This document shows, piece by piece, positions 1-12,660 of a stretch of DNA of 64,000 nt. Below the pieces are notes generated by a model. That model was not told where the DNA came from. It did no database searches and saw only the letters and a program-made list of their open reading frames with translations. The translations under genes were made by a program, and so were the position numbers. Within the stretch, counting starts at the first letter, position 1. Each line of letters begins with the position of its first letter. The stretch is from Botryllus schlosseri. Taxonomy: Eukaryota. The stretch lies in contig CM119372.1 in the NCBI GenBank assembly GCA_051294905.1, forward strand, positions 37,636,001 through 37,700,000, given 5' to 3'.

Positions 1-381
1 AGTTGTCAGTCTCATCAAATTAGTGAACAGTCGTTTGAAATAAAAATTTCCGAAGTATTTCCATAATTTGTACCAATGCTGGGAGCAGCTTCTTGGAGGT
101 ACAGGACTTTAATACAATTGAATATTAATATTAAAATGGACCCGAATATTTTCTGCTGACACTCGTCATAAATCGAGCAATGATATACCTGCTCTTAAAG
201 CTCGGCTATCAGATTTTGCGCGTTCTTATAGCGGATGCCCTATCGACAAGGCTGATTTTTTGATGAACAAGGAGTGTTTCGTTGCTATCAAAGCATTACG
301 CTCCAACCCTGAAATTCATATCACTAGTTATATTGGTATACAGCCTTGTCTTGTTAATGTTCAATTCTTCATGGTCTAGAA

Positions 382-2389
382 CAGTGATTCCCAACCGCGG
401 CCCCGCGGGCCGCATGCGGCCCCCAGCTAGCCTTTCTGCGGCCCCCACAAAAATATTGAGAAATCGATTTATAAAAAAAAAATTATAATTATAAAATACT
501 CTTGCTTGGGTTGGAGTCTGGAGTTTTCAATTAGGATTGCAGGAAAGTTGTGAGTAGACTGCTAAGATTACGTCACTGCTGTTTCAATGCCATGTGCCAT
601 AACTTTCCAGTTGAACGAGCAGTACCTATAGATATAGGTATACATATAGGTATTGACAGGACCGTAACTGCCGCACCCCAAGTCCCCAATTGGGGGGAAC
701 GAGCTCGAAGGGGGCCCAAAATTATTTAGTGAATTAGCATGAATTATAGAGTATTTTATGAAATTTTATGCAACTTTTTCAAAAATTTTTCGCGCTGTGC
801 GCGATTTCAGCTTTCCAAGTACCTTCATTATTGGATACTCTTCCACCAAGATAAAATACGCAAGATTTATAGAAGTGGGCATATCGGCGTTGGCCATTAC
901 CGCGTCACGACGCACTAAGACATATAAAGTTTTAGGCCATATAACATGCGACTCCAATAAGTGTGCCAGAAGGATCGACAGCGAGAAAACCTTGGCCGAA
1001 AAGGACTGCCCTTACGCTGACCGGAAACTTCGTTATGTATATACAAAATACATATAGGTATAATTGACCAATGACCAATGACCATAGGCGACTAAATGAC
1101 TGGCGCCGAATATTCCTGTCTTGGCAATCTGAACCTCACGAGACAAATAGGCTACCATCCAGCAGGGAAGAATTATATGCCAGTGAAGAACTACCAATTT
1201 GAAATCGTGTGCATCTTTTAGTTTAGTACGTTTCGACGATTCTATATTTTTTGATATAGCAGACTGGAGGTTACGAAATAACATCATGTAACGAAATCGT
1301 ACCAGCGGGTCCGCCCGTCCGAATATGTTCAATTATTATTTACGGGCCCTACAGTTTCCAAGACTCCTCACTCAGCTCTACCGGTAAATCTAATTACGTG
1401 AGCAGAGAGGACAAGTAATTGATAGCAATATATATGCAATTCCTGATCTTATTGACCTATTTTATTTTGAATTGTCGATAATTTTCGCGCTCCACGCTGG
1501 CTCACTAAACGGTGATATTGATTTCGTGGCAGAAGCGAACAACGGGATGGGGGGTCGGTTTATCACCCTATGGGAGCTCAAGACCCAAGTGTTTTGAGGG
1601 GCCTGACGAAGTGCTGTTTCATTCCTGCCAACGGGTATACGCCCGAACATGTTTAATTATTATTGAGTGATCCTACCTTTTCAAACACAACTCACTCGGC
1701 TCCACCGGTCAATCTGATTACGTGAGGAGACAGAGGATAAAAATTGATACCAATATATTTTCAATTCCCGATTATATTGACCGATTCAATCACGAATTAT
1801 ATAAATTTTTCGCGCTTCGCGCCATTAGTCGATAGAAGCTGCATAAAACGGACACCCGATTTAGATGATAAATAGCGGTAAACAGCCATCTAGCCTGAGA
1901 GGGCAAGAGCAACGTTTGGGGGGGGGGGGGTGACTGACGAAGTGCTGTTACGGCCCTGGGTATAGATAACTAATTTACGGATAGATGTGCAACAACTGAC
2001 TCACGATTAAATACGCCGGGATGCGTACTGCTTAGCCGGCAAAAAACAGCATAATTGGTAGTCCTAGCTCGCGACCCAAGCGTCCGAATAATTGGATATG
2101 ACTGTGTTTATCGAAAGGAGGTGTCGCACTAATTACAAAAATACGAATTGAAATCTCGTCAGGGCAATAAAACTACTCCGAAATAGCCAGCAAAGGTTGA
2201 TTGTTCTGAACAACGGAAGCGCGGCACCACAATGGCCAATGGCGTCAAGCGAATGATCGGAACAATGCGAATTTTCATATTTTGGTGACTATTTTGGGTC
2301 CCTTTCATCGCCCTGGTATTCGTGCGGCCCCGACCGTACTCTGAAATTCTAAATTTGGCCCTGCCACCGAAAAAGGTTGGGAACCACTG
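382..2389. mobile_element. hAT MITE nested in family A
   Basis: TIRs CAGTGATTCCCAACC / GGTTGGGAACCACTG; TSD GTCTAGAA (374-381, 2390-2397). Confidence 0.85.
657..1958 (+). mobile_element. hAT-like MITE, family C (third nesting level)
   Basis: TIRs CAGGACCGTAAC / GTTACGGCCCTG; TSD GGTATTGA/GGTATAGA; homologous to 11354-12652. Confidence 0.85.
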
Positions 2390-3644
2390 GTCTAGAATGT
2401 TTGCTCGTAAATATATATGTAAACCCGAACAGAACAAGTCGTTTCATGACAGTCTTTCTCTGGTTGGAAAACTTGGATCGCATCCTTTGGAGCATAAATA
2501 TTGTCTATACTTTTAGATTAGGATTCACTTTGTCGGTAGAAACTCTCTGCGGGCCGATCAAAATGCCGTCGCGGCCCGAATCCGGCCAGCGGTCCGTATG
2601 TTCCCCGTCCCTGCGCTAGATGCAGGACGTGATATGTTCATAAAATATGTGTTTCTTCATTTTGGTGCCATAAATGTTGCGATCACACCAAAAGTATCGT
2701 CGGAAGCGTTATGCGTTAATATTGCATTAGCCTCCATCTATCTTTGCGGAAATGTTTTTCGGCACTCCTCATTCATATCAAAACGAAGTCGCGGATTTTC
2801 AAGACACGACCCCGTACTTCAAGAAATACAGCGGCAAATTGGCTTTGAAATAATAAAAGTCCACCAATTTCTACATAAATAGTATGATGTTAGCTTTAAG
2901 AAAAATCATTATTTTGCCATTTATCACAAGCCTACAGTTCATATCTGCACAAGACAGATATAAAGGTTGCACCATAATAGATCTAAAATTAAACTAAAAC
3001 TTGAGGGGGTCCGCGAGTGTCCGTGACGGTCAAAAGGGGTCCGCGAAGCCAAAAAGGTTGAGAACCACTGTTCTAGGTGATGAATTATTTGTTCAGAAAT
3101 GTCTATATGAGGAGTAGCTTTGGGGTTTTCGCTGAGCAGTGAAAATATATCATATCGTTTATCCTTCACCCTTCGTCTCCAGAGAATGATCTTTTACTTG
3201 AATTCCCTAATTATTTTCCGCAACTGAAAATACGGAGCTGATTCTACTTTGCATTGACAAGTTGAGTTTATCCAATTTGTCAAATATGTATGAAAGGTAA
3301 GCCACTTTAGCACAGAAGTAATCATCAATGTAATGCACAGCAAGAGGTGATCGTTCATCCTGGAGAAACATATGAACTTCACGTCTCAATTCAAAGAGAC
3401 GAATAAGAAAGCGTCCTTTTGAGAGCCACCTCACCTCGCTGTGATACAAGAGCCGTTATTGATCTGAATCTAGATCAGGGGTTCTCAGTCCTTTCTTGGC
3501 CGTGGCCCATTTTCCGGTTTGAAAATATGCTGTGGCCCACCTCTTATCATGGAGTCACAATCCTGTTCAATGCGTGGTAATCGACGGCGCCGATATGCTT
3601 ATTTCTCTAAAATATGCGCATTTTTCTCTTAATTTACTGATGAT

Positions 3645-3988
3645 ATTTAAATAATTTGAATAAAATATTCATATTTATTCCCGAAGCTTTTCGGCTGACC
3701 CTCGTCAGGGGATATTGTCAGCAATATTGCGAGAATTCGAATAACTATGTTCAACAACAATTTATATCGCTAATTAAGACGTCACACAGAAAATATACAA
3801 AGTTAGGAAAACGAGAGAACTGGAGCGTTGGCATGGAGATAGCGAAGCAAAACAAGTTAATACGCGATTTTCAAATGATACACAAATTCTTTCTGTTGGC
3901 ATAGACTAGGTTTACTCATAGTGATGATGGTGGACTCAAGAACAGACAAATGAAATGAATTGCGACCCTTAGCCATTATAGAGAACAT
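3645..3988 (-). mobile_element. Penelope-like element 3' fragment (GIY-YIG endonuclease C-terminus plus pLTR) inserted in the hAT transposase
   Basis: FSIMAKGRNSFHLSVLESTIITMSKPSLCQQKEFVYHLKIAY* is homologous to the PLE ORF end at 36191-36380 and is followed by a hammerhead motif. Confidence 0.8.
3679..3722 (-). ncRNA. Minimal type I hammerhead ribozyme in a PLE pLTR
   Basis: Minus strand reads gctgacaata-tccc-CTGACGA-g-ggtcagc-c-GAAA-agct-TC-ggga: intact core, stem I tccc/ggga, palindromic AAGCTT stem III, and loop II complementary to the upstream gctgac. Confidence 0.75.
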
Positions 3989-5423
3989 GTCGCATAAAGC
4001 AGCAAAAAATCTGGCGTGTAGTGCATTCTTCTTGATATAGTTCACAGTTTTCACAGCTACAGAAATGATATCATGCAGTTCCGGTGACGTCTGCCTTGCA
4101 GCAAGGTTTTCTCTATGTAAAAAACAGTGAGTCCACTTTGCCTGTCCTGCTCTCTGCTGAATTTGTGTAACGACGCCACGATGGATACCAGTCATTGATT
4201 CAGCACCATCTGTACATACACCTACACAGTAGGCCTATTTCTAATCAATTGTTTTCTTATCAAAGTAACTGGTGTCAAGGCAACGAATTACCTCATCGGC
4301 AGTTGTTCTTGTAGGAAGTTCTTTGCGAAAAAAGGATGTCGTCGTAAACAGTTCCGTCAGCGCAGTACCTTACAAACACAAGCAGTAAAGCCGTATTAGT
4401 TAAATCAGTGAATTCATCCAACTGTATGGAAAATAAGGACTGGATTTGATTCTTTCCAACAGCTGACATTCGATGCCATTACTAATTCCAATAATTTGCC
4501 TCGTAATAGTGCTGTTGGACTATGGTACTATCTCAAGTTTTGATGCAGCATTTTCTCCGATAACTTCACGAACCAAATGAATAGCACTAAGTAGAATGAG
4601 TTCTTCTGCGATTGTGAATGCTTTCTTGGAACGCGCCACTCGACCAGCCACCAAAAAGCTACCCCTCAAAGGTGACTTGGACTGAGTATTAAATGAAGTC
4701 AACACGCGCTGCTGTGACTGCAAGTCATTTCTCTTTCTCTCGAAATATTCTTTGGGTTTCGTTGGAATTTAGGGGTGGTGTGTTTTTAGGTGTCTCTTGA
4801 GATTCCATGGTTTCAATGAAGCGTTTGACAATACGTTTGCACACTCAACACATTGTGCATTTGACACAAAGTCCTTACTGCCTTAATAAAACCGTATTTG
4901 ATGTAATCAGCGTCGTATTGTCTTACTACAACTTTGGTGGTTTTCTTTTCTCTTGCAACTACTTCGTTACTTTTTCCTTTCAAAAAACGATCCATTTCCT
5001 CACTACAAAAAGAATCAAACAAAACTTGAGAGTCAAAATAGAAGCACAAGTGAATGGGCCTGCTCGCTATGTTGCTCTCAAGCCATCTATCAGGTTCATA
5101 ACGTATGTAGTTCGTCAGATATAGACAAAAATGATAAAGTAAACTTGTCAGTGAGGGGCGTGGTAGCTTAGCAGAGCGCGTAACTTGGTATCAACACATA
5201 ACCAGGTCGTAACCTCTGCCCAAGCGCCTCAAACAACGCAGTATGATCTCTCCAGTAGGAACCCATCCACCTTAATATAGGTATTTCTAAACTTGCTCAT
5301 TACTTTCATTCGCACCTGTAGTGTAAAATACTGAAGCGTAACAGAGCTTGCTATCTCTTAAAATGCCCCAAATCCTGGTTTGATGTTGGGAACGAGGATA
5401 AGCTGCCAAAAGTACCGTACTAT

Positions 5424-5705
5424 CAGAGATGGGCACAGTCCGGTGCAGGAACCGGAGCCGGAGCAGGATTTCATCGATTTTGTACCAAGCCGGACTGGAT
5501 CCGGATTTTGAATTTGCAGTGACGGTCGGATTTTATCCGGATTTTTTGACACAATATGATTAATTAACGTTATTCTGGCAGGATTTTTTCGGATTCCGAA
5601 CTGGATCTTCACCAGCCACCGGAGTTTTTCGGACTCTTAATTTCCAATGGCCAGTCGGATCCGGATAGATTTGGATCCCGAAATTTAGGAATCCGCCCAT
5701 CTCTG
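5424..5705. mobile_element. Short MITE with CCGGAT-rich internal repeats
   Basis: TIRs CAGAGATGGGC / GCCCATCTCTG; TSD CGTACTAT/CGTACGAT. Confidence 0.8.
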
Positions 5706-6591
5706 CGTACGATACAATGCTATGCCGACTTCTATTGTTCTGGCAAAATGTCAAAAAAATATCCTACTCGGAAAATATCATGAAATACATAAAATTTCGG
5801 TATGTTTATTTCAACCTGTCACGCATTATCGTCAGTATCCCAGAAGCTATTAAAGTGACTAACATTTCAAAAGTGGTATTTTGCGAATCACCCATCAAGG
5901 CCGAAACCCAAGTCTCAAATCTGAATTTGACGAACCCTGACGAAAACGGGGCTCATGCACTTTCGAACCAAAAACTCATTTTCTCCGTAAGGCTGTGGTG
6001 AGTTTGGTCCGAAAGTGCACGAGCCCCTAAGGTCCGTCAATCACATGTTCCGGAATCATCATCCGAAAGTGGAAAAAACCATTAACATTTTGGCCCACCG
6101 GTTGAGAAGCACTGGACTAAAGCATTCTGACGGCGTCAAGGCACCGTTCTCTCATAATTGCGAAAAAGTCTAGACACATTCCTGCAACTTATACTGCAGG
6201 GAATGCAATACCGAAATTTAAAGTAAGAATGTTCTTGAAGGGGAATCGTGCCAAGCGCTAAATAATTTTTTGAGTTGAAAAAATCCGGCCAATAATGCGC
6301 CACTTTATGTTAATTTGCAAAATATTATGAGTAATTAAATAACGTATAATTGCACAGTGCATCTCGTACTCCCTACTTTGGTGCCTCGTACCCCAATGGG
6401 GTTCGTGTACCCTTGTTTAAGAAACGCTTCCACACACTGATCTGCAAGCGTTTGTTGAAGTCCAGATATTCATGTAGTCGTGAAAGTCAGCCTCATTTAA
6501 AAGTAATACATTACTGCTGGGTTGTCGAACTCAAATTTCTTCTCGGGCTGGTCTCAAAACTGTTTTCAAAATGTTATCTCATGACCTATTC

Positions 6592-6954
6592 CAGGGTTAC
6601 CATTTTACAACTCCGAAAAAGAGTACATTTTTACAAATCATAAAATTTATAATATCGGACAAGAAAATAGGTGATTTGAAAATGTCCACAGAAGATACTG
6701 TTGTGTTGATTAAATGAACTTAAAAATGTCATTTTTCGAATTCGAGTCGCCAAAGACGTGCTGGAACGTTCAGATTCAAGATTTCTCATCATTTATGGCG
6801 TTTTTTATTTGTGTCTGTACCATCATCTGGCTCTAAAAGTTGTAAAAAGTGATGAGATGCGAAAAATGAAGATATAGGCGTCCTCGGAGGACATTTTTCG
6901 ATTTTATGAAAAAGGAGAACTAATCCTCCTAAATGAGGACGTATGGTAACCCTA
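6592..6954. mobile_element. MITE with AGGGTTACCA TIRs
   Basis: CAGGGTTACCAT ... ATGGTAACCCTA; related ends occur near 18866, 33105 and 48463. Confidence 0.65.
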
Positions 6955-8226
6955 CCTTAACCGACTCTAGGAAAAAACAGATCTAATATAATTGCGATTA
7001 CAATTAGACTTTATTCAGTAAATGTTGGGTATTATTTCTACTTATTTTGGATTGGATTTTTTTGCGAGGGTGGTGGTCCCGATATTACAATCTGTAAAAG
7101 TGACACCAAATCGCTCGCAGCGCGAAGAAAAATTTCAAGCAGCGTGAATCTGCTTAGAAATAATATTGTTGATGTTGATTAACGAAGAACTTTTGAGCTT
7201 ACTTTAATCCAACACCCTTGTTTAAAACATGCTTTTTATTGTTTTTTAATTCTATTGTTTTTTTTTAAGCAATGACGTCACGATTATTCAATTGTGACGT
7301 CATAGTGGATGTACATTGGCAATGGAAAATATAGGTTAAATAGAGCTCCTTTGACAAAATATCTGTAATATTGCTATTGAACCGACTATTTTGAGGGTTC
7401 CAACCATCATGCGTCGGCTATATCGGGTGATAATTGTCCGTAGGCTCATACAACAAGTTTTTTAGAAAATCTTTACACAATTATGGCATAAATTTTTACA
7501 ACTTGGAAAAAACACAATTTTTTAAAAGCCTTTGTTCAAAACTATGTTTAAAACATGTTTTAAACAAAGTGTTTTAAAACACTGTTTGTTTTAAATGCAA
7601 CCCTAGATACGATGAAGGACGATTTAAAGGGAAAGCGAATGGAAGTCAATAAAGGCAAAGTGTCCAAAAGACTGCCGAAGAGATCCCGATTGAACACTTT
7701 CATATTGATCATGGGGCAAAGGTGTATGCTAGTGTAACGAGCACGTACTCAGTTGGTTCAGGATCCTCCTACCTTTTCGTCACATCACATTGTGTCTTCA
7801 TTTCCCCACCGCATAGTGGGTGTCTTGAGTGCTCAACGGAAGATGTCCAGTCAGGAGATTTATGTCAAAATCGGGCCTAGTGTATTCTATTTCCTTCATA
7901 ACATCGGCTGACAGCTATATAAAGTTTGATCTCTGCGTGATTGCTGGAGCGTGCTGCAACTCTGGAAATTTCAATACATCACAGCTCCATTACGGTGGCG
8001 TTCTGAAGAAAACGGCTGCGGCCAAAATCTTTCTTTCGTTTTGCCCTACAATTTGAGACCACATCATTTTTAGAGCGCAGTGCCCCTTTAAGATTGGGGT
8101 TCGTGATAAAGTACAATTGTCTCTCAGGATTCTGATCAAATTACTCGCACATTAAATAACTCAGGAATAACATTTCAATACTGAGGGTCGCATATTTGCA
8201 TATTGTAATGCATGTTTAGTTATGAT

Positions 8227-9477
8227 CAGAGGTGGTCAAAGTAGTCAAGAAATCTACTCAAGTAGAAGTAGAAGTAGCGACCAAAAAATATACTCAAGTA
8301 CGAGTAGAAGTACTTCTTCCATAAGCAACCTAAAACTACTTGAAGTAGACGTAGAATTGACTGACTTAAAAAGTACTCAAGCAAGTAAGTAGTTATGAAA
8401 ACGATCTTAATTCGTTCACATGGATTGTAAAACAGTGTAAATTGAGCTATGCGATAGGTGACGATCTTGATTCATATTGATGCATATCAGCAGGTATCCA
8501 ATTTTCGATAGCATAGGTATTCGTTCACAACATGGGATGAAAATGATAGTATTGATATGGAAATGCGATGCTAATCCTCTGTTTTCTCGAACAGCACGTT
8601 TTGGAAAATAGCATGGTATGGCGCCATTCCCCATATTATAAGGCCCGTAGTTTAGTCGAAGAGCAATACGGAGAAATTGTATAGGATACGGTGTAAACAC
8701 TTTGCGCGATTAGTAAACGTTAATAAAAAATATGGTGGAACGTAAAAATGCCATATTGTGTAGCTTTATTTCCAGAAATTAAAGGCATTACTGCACTTGC
8801 TTTTATACTTGAACATGTGTGTTATCCAGACAAAAGAACTGATAATAAATATAACTCTAAGTATGAAATATAAATACTACTTCTAAAAGCAGAACATGTA
8901 TTTCATGTTTTCAGTCCAGAAAGTTTCAAAGGTGGTATGCTAAAACATCTCTGAAACTAAAAAAAGTCAGAATCCACTTTTCCAGATTTGGACACGCCAT
9001 GAACATGGTAGATTACGATATGACAAGTAAATGCTAGATTGCGAAACATCAGTTTCAAACGTTATGATGAGCCATATATACTGTGATGAATTATTTGAAA
9101 TGGACGAATGGCGACAATGTGGCGTGAACGGAACCACGCCAACCCTCTACCTAAATTATATTGACCGATACTTTCGTTAAATCATACTGGAACTCCATAT
9201 CCAGCACTGCGCGCGAAGCGCGACGAAAATTCTTGGCTTTACTAAACTTTTGTGAAAATTAAATGTTGATAGTCCGTGAAAACAGCCCCGAAATTCCTCC
9301 GGTCATCTTCCTGATTGAAAGATTGAACTACTTCTACTTGACAAACTGAAAATCGCGAAAAGTAAGTAAGTAGATCACAAAATATTTCGAAGTAGAAGTA
9401 GAAGTAGCGAAACTCAGATCTACTTGAGTAAGTACCAGAAGTAGAGGAAAGCTACTTGAGTACTCGACGCGACCTGG
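8227..9477. mobile_element. MITE with AGTAGAAGTA/CTACTT subterminal repeats
   Basis: Starts CAGAGGTGGTCAAAGTAG, with clusters of agtagaagtag/ctacttgagta at both ends; the right boundary is approximate. Confidence 0.55.
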
Positions 9478-10192
9478 GTAATAATTTTCTCATCCGTGTC
9501 TGTCATATACTGACTTTATTTTCTCATACAGTGCGAGTATCTAATGTCGTGCATCGTAGTACCTATAAACCAGAGTTTTTAGCCATAGCTACAGCAAGAA
9601 TCCGGACGCCCGAAGCAGTGCATTTCCAACCGAGCTGGAGCTGTGGTCCGAACAGAGGTGATCAGTAACGAAGTACATCTGATTTTCCACGTACTTCAAT
9701 TAGATTTTGCCTACTCGCACTACTTGTTCAGGTGGTTGTGATTATAGACTACTTCTATTTGACAGTGTTCAGATTTTAAATAAAACTAGGCCTAGAACAC
9801 TTTTTTATTAATTACAAATAAACCGCTACTTTTACTTCAACTTAAGTAGATATTTATGACGATACTTTTAATTCTACTTAGTACCGTTGAATTCATATAA
9901 TTTAACAGTATCTCAATCCCGTTTTACTGTACTCTTTTTAACTAACAACGATGCTGTGGATTTGACAGCAGAGCAATAAAATGTTCAAAGTTATCTGTAA
10001 CCAAGGCTACTTGCTATTACTGGCTGACCTACTTGTTAGTTTTCACCCGGGAGCCGGAGCAGGGTGTTAATGAGGTCCGTGGTTGTAGCTGGGGATATTT
10101 CATAATGAAGGAGAGCTCCTAAGCTGAAGCTGGAACAATATCAGATTTAATCCTGCTTGAAACTCCAGACGAAAAGTAGCTTCATCTTGGTC

Positions 10193-11102
10193 CAGTGTTG
10201 GGATGACTCGAGTCATGACTTGACTCGAGTCAGACTCGAGTCACCTTTTTCGTATGACTTGACTTGACTCGAGTCACTTTACAAAAATGACTTGACTTGA
10301 CTTGACTCGACGTTTCAAAAATGCAGATTGACTCGTGACTCGAAGCAAAATTTACGAGTCAATTTCAAGTCATCAAGTAATCGATGTCGACTAAATCGCG
10401 GTTTCTTGTATAAGCTCGGATTGTTAACGATACGCCAGTGTGACATGCGAGAGCAATCAATTACTCGAAGATTGTGCGTTTTACACAATTAAACAGAAAT
10501 GAATTGATCGCAAGCGCAGTGATCGGAGCTTACGTTATCGGAAGCTAGTATAATACAGTAATATACTAGCAATACATCTGTGCTCTATAAACTGCCCACA
10601 GTGCCCAGTGCTCACCTTAACCAACCCTCTTGTATGATTTAAATCGAACGAATACCGTCCATACGTATATAATTGCATATCATGGATATGGTATTGCACC
10701 CTATCATTTTTCAACTTTCTGAGGTTTGGTATTGTATCCTATATTTTGGCTGTGTCGTCATACTTGCGTAGTTTAGAAGTTCTGCGTATACAGTGTCTTT
10801 CTTAAACTATCTTTTCGTTCCTCGATTCAGAATAAATAGGAACACCATCTGTATTTAAAACAACTAGCAAAAGCAATCACTTTGAATCATATCTCGTACT
10901 TTCAAAATTTAACTTGACTCGACTAGTGACTTGACTTGACATGACTTGACTCGACTTGACTCGAGTCACTTCCAAAAATCGGGAGACTTGACTTGACTCG
11001 AGTCACTTTTGAAAATCAAGTGACTTGACTTGACTCGAGTCAAAATTTGCAATGACTCTAGATGACTCGTGACTCGAAGGTAGTGACTTGATCCCAACAC
11101 TG
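10193..11102. mobile_element. MITE with GACTCGAGTC/GACTT arrays
   Basis: TIRs CAGTGTTGGGAT / ATCCCAACACTG; perfect TSD TCTTGGTC. Confidence 0.88.
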
Positions 11103-11353
11103 TCTTGGTCATAATTAAAATGTGCGAACATTCTTTTGATCGTATGGCGCCACACGACATTTACTGCCGACAGTATTTATCATATCGTCTAATTTGACCA
11201 CTGAACAGCTATGGCGCTTGCAGCCGATCTATTGAAGGCAATTGTTGGGTCGGGGAGTGGTATTTGTGGTTAATATAATTAATAATATGTTCTTCATTCA
11301 CAGTAAAACTGGTAAATACACACATGATCCGTGGGGCAAACTGTCCTCAAATG

Positions 11354-12652
11354 CAGGACCGTAACTGCCGCACCCCAAACCCCCAATTGGGGGAGGGGCG
11401 AGCTCGAAGGGGGCCCAAAATTATTTCGTGGATTAGCATAAATTATAAAGTATTTTTAAAAAATTTATGCCGCTTTTACAAAAATTTTTCGCGCTCGGCG
11501 CGATATTAGCTTGTCAAATATCTTGATTATTGGGTACTCTTCACCCAAGAAAAAATACGCAAGATTTATAGAAATGGGCATATCGGCGTTGGCCATTACC
11601 GCGCCACGACGCACCAAGATATAAAGTTTTAGGCCATGTAACATGCGACTCCAAGGAATGTGCCAGAATGATCGGCAGCGATAAAACCTTGTCCGAAAAG
11701 AACTGCGCTTATGCCGATACGTATAGGTTTAATTGTCCATAGGCGCCTAAATGACTGACGCCGAATGTTCCTGTCTTAGCAATTTGAACATCACAAGACA
11801 AATACCATCCCACAAGAAAATATTATATGCCAGTGAAGAAATACCAATTTGAAATCGTGTGCATCTATTAGTTTAGTACATTTATGCGATTATTTATTTT
11901 TTGATATAGCGGAGGTCACGAAATAACATCATGTAACGAAGTCATACCAACGGGTCCGTCCGCCTGAAGATGTTTAATTAGCCTATTATTTACGGGCCCT
12001 ACAGTTTCCAAGACACCGCACTCAGCTGTACCGGTAAATCTGATAACGCGAGCAGAGAGGACAAGAAATTGATAGCAATATATATACAATTCCCGATCTT
12101 ATTGACCGATTTTATTATGAATTATTGAAAATTTTCGCGCTTGGCGCTTGCTCACTAAATAGTACAACTAATTTCGAATAACGTTATGGGGGAAGGGTCG
12201 GTTTATCACCCTATGGGAGCCCAAGCCCCTAGTTTTTTGCTGGGCCTGACGAAGTGCTGTTTTGTTCCTGCCAACAGGTATACACCAAAAGATATTTAAT
12301 TATTATTGAGTGGTCCTATCTTTTCAAACACACCTCAGTCCGCTATACCGGTAAATCTGATTACGTGAGCAGAGAAAGGATAAAAATTGACAGCAATATA
12401 GGCTATATGCAATTCTCGATCATATTGACCGATTCAATAATGAAGTATAAAAAAATGTAGCGCTTCGCCCGGTAAGTCGAGAAAACCTTTCCCAATAAAC
12501 GGACACCCAATATAGATGATAAGTAGCGGTAAACAGCGTAGAAGCAGGGGGGTCTGGGGGGCGAAGCCCCCCAGAAGTTCGGTTCATCACCCTATGGGGA
12601 GCCCAAGACCAACGTTTTTGGGGAGGGCTGACGAAGTGCTGTTACGGCCCTG
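11354..12652 (+). mobile_element. hAT-like MITE, family C, second copy
   Basis: Same TIRs; perfect TSD CTCAAATG (11346-11353, 12653-12660). Confidence 0.88.
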
Positions 12653-12660
12653 CTCAAATG

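Larger units (their letters stand above)
1..3070 (-). mobile_element. Non-autonomous hAT element, family A (left end outside the window), carrying a captured PLE fragment and nested insertions
   Basis: 1-381 plus 2398-3070 is the reverse-complement homolog of 56178-57270; terminal GGTTGAGAACCACTG at 3056-3070. Confidence 0.8.
3195..4995 (-). pseudogene. Decayed hAT (Buster/ZBED5/SCAND3-like) transposase, interrupted by a PLE fragment and a MITE end
   Basis: Fragments MDRFLK...VRQYDADYIKYGF, KKAFTIAEELIL, FSIQLDE, CTDGAESMTG, WTHCFLHRENLA, YHSEVRWLSKG...LFELRREV, VAYLSYIFDKLDKLNLSMQ, with stops and frameshifts. Confidence 0.9.

Noticed and set aside
5936..6015. Hammerhead ribozyme (CTGACGA...GAAA)
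   Set aside because: The GAAA lies inside the long stem, so the topology does not fit the hammerhead core.
10200..11100. GACTCGAGTC/GACTT and CCGACT arrays as CRISPR-like repeats
   Set aside because: They are irregular short motifs without unique spacers, bounded by TIRs and TSDs, i.e. MITE subterminal repeats.
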